Source: Vitrella brassicaformis CCMP3155 (lineage: Eukaryota > Protista > Chromerida). From it: a DNA stretch of 46,475 nt. The position numbers were made by a program, and so were the translations under genes. Each line of letters opens with the position of its first letter. The stretch's first letter is position 1. The stretch covers positions 1-46,475 of the forward strand of contig CDMY01000630.1 of NCBI GenBank assembly GCA_001179505.1. The letters run 5' to 3'. Under the pieces are notes generated by a model. The model had not been told where the DNA came from. It did not search any database and saw only the letters and a list, made by a program, of their open reading frames with translations. Positions 37,501 to 46,475 of the stretch are shown one piece after another.

Positions 37501-37684
37501 CGCTTGCAGCAAGGCTCTCAAGGTTGAATGGCTGAAGACGCCTGACTTTCTGCTGGGGGAGTATCAAACATGGATTCGACTTTCTGAGAGGCAGGAGGTT
37601 CAGGTAGAGTGGTTGCCTTACAAGAAATGATACGATGACTTCTTTCGATAAGACAGTGCCAAGTGATAGGCGCTTGCTCTGCAC
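31530..37684 (-). CDS. Upstream multi-exon region, probably the N-terminus of the channel gene: LamG-like segments, coiled coil, Cys module, EF-hand-like loop
   Basis: FETFTVTAWVK (~35090-35122), IIDGEWHLYAV (~34461-34495), FSGQLADVRYFPRELT (~33975-34025), coiled coil EQEQRLDELEETV, CPITCSQC, and DFNNDSHWDYEE (33269-33304). The start codon and linkage to the channel are not proven. Confidence 0.55.
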
Positions 37685-38648
37685 CTTGATTCACTGAGAT
37701 ACTTTCTGACCTGCTCTTTCTGAGGGGTTCTTTACATGAATCGATCAAGCGTCCGTCAAGGGAAGTGTTACCTTGCACGTTTCAGAAGCACAAGCCACAA
37801 GCCACTGTCACACTAAGTGCTTATGGAAAATTGGGAATTGCACGTACGTAAGCCTGTTCATTGATCTGTTCTCCTCAGTGCCAGCAAGCCACAAAAGCTA
37901 GAGTTGAAAAAGAAGAGAATCCTAACATTATCAGAGAGATGCCATGAGACGTGCCACCGAGTACAGTTATCATCGTCATCTCCCTCACCAAAGTCAGCTT
38001 CTGCCTTTAGTCAAAAAGCGACCTGCAATCCAATGAGCATCTACTTCGCCCGTCCCCTTATTCTACCCCCGCTTATCTGCACAGCCGTACTAGAAAACAA
38101 GGCACTAACCAAATCACTCGAAAATAACCATGTATGTGTTGGCCATTCGAAGCTGACCGACTAACTGGTTTTGCCTGATTCTTGCATCCACGTACAGATG
38201 CAATATAATGCAAACATCTGCCGTACAGTCTTTGAGATGTCTCTCCTATCAATACAACCGTCCGTGACAGCATACAACATAGGCCTGACGTCTGGCTGGC
38301 GGTCCTTCTCCCTCACTGACCTGCAGCCTAGTAGTTCGCTCTCCCTCTCCCTCACTACTTAGTCCATGTGCGCAGCTCTCTCTGTGCATCTCTGTAAAGC
38401 ACCTCTTACTGCCACGTACCGATCCATGAAACCCTTACGCCTTACGAACACCAGGGACCAGTACAAACGACAAAAATATACCTGCAGCGGCCATCATTCA
38501 CGATGCAGTGAAAAAACACTCATTGAAAAGGTGTTCATAAGCATGAAAAAGCGCCTTCGAAATCCCATAAACACATGAGCAGGCGAGTTGCTGCTTATGG
38601 CAGCGCTTTCGTGGCGCACGAAGGTGAGTGGGAAGACGTCAGGCGACC

Positions 38649-41186
38649 TCACTTTATCGTCCACGTCAACACACTCGTGTGGGGCAACCGTAAGCGAGCC
38701 ACAGATGGATCAGAGGATCCAGCTTCCAAGTCAGGTGTGTTGACATGAATGATCTTGTACTTGCGCTTCGAGAAGGCCTTGTTGACCAGAATGTGGTCAA
38801 GGGCTTGCGAATTGCCTTCCGCGCTGAAGATGGTCGTGAAGCGCTCAGGAGGCTCAAGCTGGTCGGTGGTAAGATTGATGAGACCGGCATCCGTCAGCAT
38901 CCTGAGCGAGGAGGTAGAGAAGGTCTCGTCATAATCATTGAAGTCGCCCAAGACAACTATCTTGGCGTGAGGGTCCGCAGCGAGAATTCTCTTGACGAAG
39001 TCGGCATTGACGGCAGCTTGGGCATCACGCTTCTCTTGGCCACTGATGCAAGGGGGCTGTATCGAACCGAAGAGAGCACAGCTGCCGAGGCGAGAAGTAA
39101 AGTGATTGACGATGACGAAGACGGTCTCTCCCTTGAATCGGAATTCACCCGCCAANNNNNNNNNNNNNNNNNNNNNNNNNNNNNNNNNNNNNNNNNNNNN
39201 NNNNNNNNNNNNNNNNNNNNNNNNNNNNNNNNNNNNNNNNNNNNNNNNNNNNNNNNNNNNNNNNNNNNNNNNNNNNNNNNNNNNNNNNNNNNNNNNNNNN
39301 NNNNNNNNNNNNNNNNNNNNNNNNNNNNNNNNNNNGGCTGACACCGTGCCATCGTCGATAGACCCACTGTTGTCCTGCACCTCTTGCAAGCCGATGATGT
39401 CTGGTGCTTGTAGGCTATATGCAATGACACGGCCAAGCTTCGTTAACTGGGACCTATCAGAGGGGTCGAGGTTCAACACGTGGACGGTTGCCACCTGAAT
39501 GAGTGGTAAGCACATCAGAAAGTCGATCTCCGTATGCATCGACATTCAGTACATGTCTCCATTTAACTCACCGTCAGAGCATCAGCCATCCCTCTGAGGG
39601 TCGTCGTTATTTTTGGCTGGAAAGTGGACGGGGTGACAACGGAAGGAGTCTCGGCAGGCAAGACCTCATAGTTGCCGTAGTCATACGACAGTACACCAAT
39701 CATGTCGCCAAGCTTGTCACCTAAGAGAGAGGCAAACACACCATGAAAGGGAGACACGATCAACGTGTGTCGCCCTCTCTTCATTCGAGCCCCCCCTCAA
39801 GCAAGAGTATCGGGTCTGCTTACCCATTTTCGCGTCCGGAAAATACGACCCACCGAGTCTGGAGATGTCATCGTCAATCTGTATACGCTCGGGGTTGAAG
39901 TCGCCATCGCTGATAGTGATGCCACCGATCGAGTTGATGAAGGTAGCCTCTCGGCCACCGTCAACAACTCCCCAAATCTCTCCGTAGCGGGTTTTGGGAC
40001 CCACGACCTGAAAGTCCTTGAGCTCGACACGCATACCTGAATGACAGAGGGAAGGGAAGAGGAAAGGAAGAAAGAGCCATTGTTGTCTATGAACTCTGGA
40101 CAAACATGTAGTATGAGTACATGCACGTACACATTCATTTGTGAGTATATGGATGTACACATACATGCATACATACGCGTTTACGTCCGACACTATCCCA
40201 GCGCTCCCGCCCACCATTCCTGCATACCTTCGAGCTTCTCGTAGAAGTCGATGCGTCTGGGTTAATCTTGTCGGTCGGAGGTCTGCCCATGACCACAGGC
40301 TTCGGGAGATCATTCCCCATGCTGATCACCTCAGGCTGGCCGGCAGGGAGCAGCTGCATCCGAGACAAATCCCCCGAGCTCCTCACGTACTCTTGGGCCC
40401 TCGCACGCAGACGGACTTCGTCGCCCACCTCCAGCCCCTTGGGGAACCCATCGAGGAAGACAAAGATGCCGTCTGATGTCTCACTCCTGCCGTCTCCCTC
40501 CGAGTCTTGCATGTAGAACCCATCGCGAGCCAGCGACGTGACGATTCCCGTCGTCTCGACAGGCATCCCTTCCAGCGTAGACTTCCGGCCAGACCCCTGG
40601 ATATCATAGATCTTCTTCTCCAAAGATGACGACCTCTCCGAAAGATTGGCCCACATTGGACTCTTCCGGGGCTCTCATCAGCTGGCACTGCCCACATGAA
40701 GTCACTGGCCTCTCGTCCGATGCCGATCAGCTGGAGAGACTGACCGACAGACGTCGTACCAGACTCTGAAACTCTGATGGCGGTGCTTGTCATGCCTTCA
40801 GCAGGTCCGTCCAGTGCCTCGAAGCTGCGTCCTTCATAACTCACAAACTGCTCCACATCTCCGTGAGAATTGACGAGCGCCAGACCGTCCGGTCCATTTT
40901 GAAGGCCAACCCCCTTGAACGCACGCACGCCAAAGCCGTTCAATTGGTCGGGAAGGACTTCGCTGAGCTCAATAGAACCGTAGACCTGCCCATCGCGTCC
41001 GTTGTACAGCTTCACTGTCCAGCCAGCGAGATTGGTGCCAGCAAGGCCAGCGATCTCGACAAATTCACCCACGTCGACGCCTTTATTGTCGTAGTGCACC
41101 TCATTGATGAAGACGGACTGTCCGGCACAGGGCGGGACGCTAGACACGAGCACAACAGCGACGGCGAGGGCGAGATTGAGCATCAT
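38649..41186 (-). pseudogene. Secreted-type LTD + OB-fold + EEP nuclease (ExeM/NucH-like architecture), intron-containing and degenerate
   Basis: Signal peptide, LTD (VFINEVHYDN..EFVEIAG), IYDIQG, EGMRV..DFNPERIQ, PDIIGLQEVQD, VNHF, VLGDFND and ALDHILV. Introns at 40037-40227, 39721-39823 and 39495-39571. Frameshifts near 40655 and 40254. The terminal SDHDP motif reads SDP. An in-frame 180-N gap lies at 39156-39335. Confidence 0.88.
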
Positions 41187-41681
41187 AGCTGTGGTGATGG
41201 CAGATGACGGGCTGCGCCAATACACAGCAAGATGTAAGCAGGTGAGCGCCTCCGTCTGGCTGGAGCTGGCTCACCAAAAGCACGTTTCAAACTTCCTCAC
41301 CTGGATCTGTTCGACACTTGTGCCGTCTGAATGGGTTGGTTGCACCTACAGTTAGAGAATCCGCAGTGGCTCAGGGAACGAGTAGGAATGTGACGAAGCC
41401 CGAAGAAGCATTCAGTGGCGATAGAGGTCTACATGGACACGCAAGCTTGGGTCATTCATAAGCATCACTGCATCCATGGCTCGTAGATCTCGCCGAGTAA
41501 CACGCCTATGCTTTAACTCCTACGAGCAACAGATGACAGCCGATGATGGCGAGTTCTAGACTAGCGCGCGCCTCACGTGAAACCGCTGCTGCAGCGCGCT
41601 CTAGACATCCGGAGGGCCGTTGCCAAGGGTGCATGTATGTGTGCTTTTGCACCTATCAGCATCAAGACCCTTTCACATGGC

Positions 41682-42127
41682 CCCCCCCACCTCCATTCCC
41701 ACGGAGGAGGACGCAGCTTTCCGGGAGAGCGTCATCAACGATTGGAGCCAGCTCCTGTCCGTCGAGCTGATGAAGCACAACGCGTTCCAAGTGGCGAGTC
41801 GTGCACAACGCGCTGCGGCCGCCAGAGGGCCACGGAGGGCCAGCGCGTTTCCCGAGGACTTCGTCAGCCGCGGGCCGTATAGGCCACACACCAGCCCCGC
41901 TTCGGGGCTGTGAGGTGGCTGGCTGGATCTGGATGTTGTGTGTGTGTGTTTTGTGTGTCTATCGTGATGCATGTCTCACGCTTGTTTGGAGTGTGCGACA
42001 TGCATTTGTTTGCAGTCAATGAGCGTTGTTCATTGGCTTTGCATGGTTGTGCTCCCTTTTGCTTGCTTGGTACGGACTGATGCTTAGACGAACTTCGTCG
42101 CCCGTTCTATGTGTTCACTGTAAACGG
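41682..42127 (+). mobile_element. 5'-truncated CRE insertion (446 bp) with an 11-bp target-site duplication
   Basis: Homologous to the reverse complement of ~2846-3280. Flanked by TTTCACATGGC at 41671-41681 and 42128-42138. Confidence 0.92.
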
Positions 42128-43313
42128 TTTCACATGGCTACTCTGGATATTCACTGCCATCACATCATCGACACCAGTGGGTTCCCGACGTCCAATAGTC
42201 ATCGGCCGTCGACGAGGCACCAGCACATCGCCTCTCGGCTTAAGCCAGCATAGTTTGCAGAGACACTGGTCGCCCTGCAGCAGGCAACAACCGCCAATGC
42301 TGTGGATGGATCTGTCACATCTTTCAGTGGACGCCCTCTTATTCAGCTTGGATCGGTGCTCAGCGCACTTGGCTTGGTTGTCAACGACAACGCCTCGATA
42401 CGACAGGAGGTTTGGGGAACAAGGGTGTGTGCTCTCCAGCTTGTCGTCCTGGAGAGATATGCACAGTACAAGATGAAACGGGTTTTCTTGTCGCGACCTC
42501 AGTTTGCGTGTCGGTGTATTGAGAGGGGATGCAAGACTGACGGGGACGGGAGTTGTGTGCCGCGGTCTACGTCAATGGCTGACTTGCCAATGCTTAACGA
42601 GACGCTAGCACAATCAAGAAAGGGCTCTCCAAGACCGAAAGTAGGAGAAAGCGAGGCCAGTTCACTGGTGCCTGGATGATGAGCAATCCAATACAGAGTT
42701 ATCTTGTGTATTTTTGACTGAAATCACAGGGAGACGTCACAACGATCGTCAAATGTCTCACACTGTATTAGTTATCTAGGCAGACACGGATACTACCATC
42801 AGCTGTAGCCCGGCCCCCAGTCTCCGAAGAGATGTTTTCCTCTCCACAGCGTCACCGCCCTTGTCTGAGGGCGCCATCGGGTCCGTCTCGTCGTGACGGA
42901 CCTGGCGACACCTTTTTCGCCGTTTCTTGTACCCAAGTCTGCCCCGGCACCGCGCCGTCCCCCTCGTTCGAGCTGCCGCCTGCCCAGTGCAAAGCACTTC
43001 GGTGGCAGCCCGGCTCGACGTTCCGTGCCTCGTCCGCGCCTTACCGACCCCGCGAAAGGCCTGGTGGCCCGTGTGGCGTTTGGGAGCCGCCTGGAGGCCT
43101 CGAGACTAGCCGTGCGCCAGTGTAACCGTACATTGCGTGCCTGAGGACGTCCCTGCCATGCCGTGAGCCTGCTTGGGTCTAAGAGACACCGCAGCCGGCC
43201 GTGTGCCGGTGTCGAGCGTGGTTGTGGGGGGAGAGAGTGCTGCGACGGGCCGTGAGCCTGTGCAGCTTGGCCGTGTGCCTGAGGACTTGCCCATACCGGC
43301 CGTGCGCCGGTGT

Positions 43314-46300
43314 CTATTGATCCTGCACACAGGTTCCAAGGCGACACGGGGCATGCGCTGGTGTGCACACAGGGTCATTCATTATATGCACACACTCCAA
43401 GTCGACACGGGCATGCGCAGGTGTGTGCATACAGACATTGATCCTGTACACACACTCCAAGGCGACACGGGGCATGCGCAGGTGTGCGCATAGGATCATT
43501 CATTATATACACACACTCCAAGTCGACACGGGCATGCGCACATGTGCGCACACAGACATTCGTCATATACACAGGTTCCAAGTCGATACGGGCATGCGCA
43601 GGTGTGGCACAGAGACATTGATCCTGCACACAGGTTCCAAGGCGACACGGGGCATGCGCAGGTGTTCACACAGGGTCCTTCATTATATACACACACTCCA
43701 AGTCGACACGGGGCATGCGCAGGTGTGCGCACAGAGACATTCATTATATACACACACTCCAAGTCGACACGGGTATGCGCAGGTGTGCGCATATAGACAC
43801 TCGTCATATACACACGTTCCAAGGCGACAGGGGTATGCGCAGATGTGCGCATACAGACATTCGTTTACACGTTCGAAGTCGACGCGGGCATGCGCACAGT
43901 GCGCATAAAGACATGGATCCTTTACGCACACTCCAAGTCACACTCCAAGTCGACACGGGGCATGCGCAGGTGTGCGCATATAGACATTCGTCATATACAC
44001 ACGTTCCAAGTCGACAGGGGTATGCGCAGGTGTGCGGACAGAGACATGGATCCTGTACACACACTCCAAGTCGACACGGGCATGCGCAGCTGTGCGCATA
44101 TAGACATTCGTCATATACACACACTCCAAGTCGACAGGGGTATGCGCAGGTGTGCGCACAGAGGCATTGATCCTGTACACACATTCAAAATCGACACGGG
44201 CATGCGCAGGTGTGCGCACAGAGACATGGATCCTGTACACACACTCCAAGTCGACACGGGGCATGCGCAGGTGTGCGCACAAAGTCATTCATTATATACA
44301 CACACTCCAAGTCGACGCGGGCATGCGCAGGTGTGCGCATACAGACATTCAGTATATAGAAACACTCCAAGTCCACGCGTGCATGTGCAGGTGTGCGCAC
44401 AGGGACATTCATGACATACACACACACCAAGTCGACACGTCCATGTGCAGGTGTGCGCACAGGGACGAAATACTCCAAGTCCACGCGTGGATGCGCAGGT
44501 GTGCGCACAAAGACATTCATGACATACACACACTCCAGGTCCATGCGTACATGCGCAGGTGTGCACACAGGGACATTCAGTATATAGGAACACTCCAAGT
44601 CCACGCGTGCATGCGCAGGTGTGTGCGCACAGGGACATTCAGTATATAGAAACACTCCAAGTCCACGCGTGCATGCGCAGGTGTGCGCACAGAGATACAC
44701 ACACTCCAAGTCCACGCGTGCATGCGCAGGTGTGCGCACAGAGACATTCAGTATATACACACACTGCAAGTCCAAACGTGCATGCGCAGGTGGGCGCACA
44801 GGGACGAAACACTCCAAGTCCATGAATGCCTGTGTGCGCACACCTGCGCATGCACGTTTGGACTTGGCGGACTTGGCGTATGTGTATATGATGAGTGTCT
44901 GTGTGCGCACACCGGCGCATGCACGTTTGGACTTGGCGTGGGTGTATCTGATAAATGTCTATGTGCGCATACCTGCGCATGCACGTTTGAACTTGGCGTG
45001 GGTGTATCTGGTGAATGTCTGTGTGCGCATACCTGAACTTGGCGTGGGTGTATCTGGTGAATGTCTGTGTGCGCATACCTGTGCATGCACGTTTGGACGT
45101 GGAGGGTGTGCACATGAAGAATACCCCTGTACGCACACCGGCGCATGCTCGCGTTGAATTGATGATGAATGTCTGTGTGCGCACACCTGCGCATGCCCGT
45201 TTGGACTTAGCGGACTTCGCGTATGTGTATATAATGAACGTCTGTGTGCGCACCCATCCCTGCGCATGCACGTGTCGACTTGGAGTGTGTGTGAACGTCT
45301 GTGTGCGCACCCATCCCTGCGCAGGCACGTTTGGACTTGGTGTGTTTGTAGATGATGAACGTCTGTGTGCGCACCCATTCCTGCGCATGCACGTGTCGAC
45401 TTGGAGTGTGTGTATATAATGAACGTCTGTGTGCGCACCCATCCCTGCACATGCACGTGTCGACTTGGAGTGTGTGTATATGTCTGTGTGCGCACACCTG
45501 CGCATGCACGTGTCGACTTGGAGTGGGTGTATCTGATGAATATCTATCTGTATGCGCACACCTGCGCATGCAGGTTTGGACTTGGAGTGTCTGTAGCTGA
45601 TGAGTGTCGCTGTGCGCACACCTGCGCATGCACGTATGGACTTAGGGTGTGTGTATCTGATGAACATCTGTGTGCGCACACCTGCGCATGCACGTGTCGA
45701 CTTAGAGTGGGTGTACCTGATTAATGTCTCTGGCAGGTTTGGACTTGGGGTGTGTGTGGCTGATGAATGTCTGTGTGAGCACACCTGCGCATGCACGTAT
45801 ATGATGAATGTCGCGTGCACGTTTGGACTTAGGGTGTGTATATGATGAATGTCTGTATGCGCACACCTGCGCATGCACGTGTCGACTTAGAGTGGGTGTA
45901 TCTGATGAATGTCTGTGTGCGCACACCTGCGCATGCACGTTTGGACCTGGGATGTATGTGGCTGCTGAACATCTGTGTGCGCACACCTGCGCATGCACGT
46001 GTCGCCGTAGAGTGGGTGTACCTGAGGAATGTCTCTGGCAGGTTTGGACTTGGGGTGTGTGTGGCTGATGAATGTCGCTGTGCGCATACCTGCGCATGCA
46101 CGTTTGGACTTGTAGTGTGTATATAATGAATGTCTATGTGCGCACACTTGCGCATGCAGGTTTGGACTTGGAGTGGGTGTACCTAATGCATGTCTCTGTG
46201 CGCACCTGCGCATGCACGTATATGATGAATGTCGCATGCACGTTCAGACTTGGGGTGTGTGTATCTGATGCATGTCTCTGTGCGCACACCTGGGGACTTG

Positions 46301-46475
46301 GGGTGTATGTATCTGATGGATATCTGTGTGCGCACACCTGCGCATGCACGTGTCGACTTAGAGTGGGTGTATATGATGAATGTCTGTGTGCGCACACCTG
46401 CGCATGCACGTATATGATGAATGTCGCATGCACGTTTGGACTTGGGGTGTGTGCATCTGATGAATGTCTGTGTGC
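43314..46475. repeat. 60-bp tandem satellite array 2, same family as array 1, with an orientation switch at ~44822
   Basis: Monomers read CATTC..CTCCAAGTC..TGCGCAGGTGTGCGCAC up to 44822. After that they read as the reverse complement (TGAATGTC..GTGCGCACACCTGCGCA..GACTTGG) to the window end. Confidence 0.97.

Overview
Eukaryotic, intron-rich, GC-rich DNA with (CA/GT)n-rich introns and four N-gaps. The style resembles a chromerid such as Vitrella; this is an inference, not a database result. The window is dominated by mobile and decaying DNA: a near-complete CRE-clade non-LTR retrotransposon (RT plus restriction-like endonuclease, minus strand, ~2.85-7.5 kb), three further CRE fragments (one with an 11-bp TSD), two large arrays of a 60-bp satellite (one reverses polarity), and an ~830-bp repeat that shares two motifs with the CRE 5' leader and brackets an OTU-like ORF plus satellite. 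Other genes are a virus-like collagen ORF, a Crinkler-type NTPase+REase gene, a TLDc pseudogene, a large multi-exon polycystin (PKD2-like) channel gene with LamG/EF-hand-like segments, and an intron-containing, degenerate bacterial-type LTD-OB-EEP nuclease. Most His/Cys-rich ORFs in the track are translations of the satellite. Motif matches and percent identities were read by eye; no alignments or searches were run.
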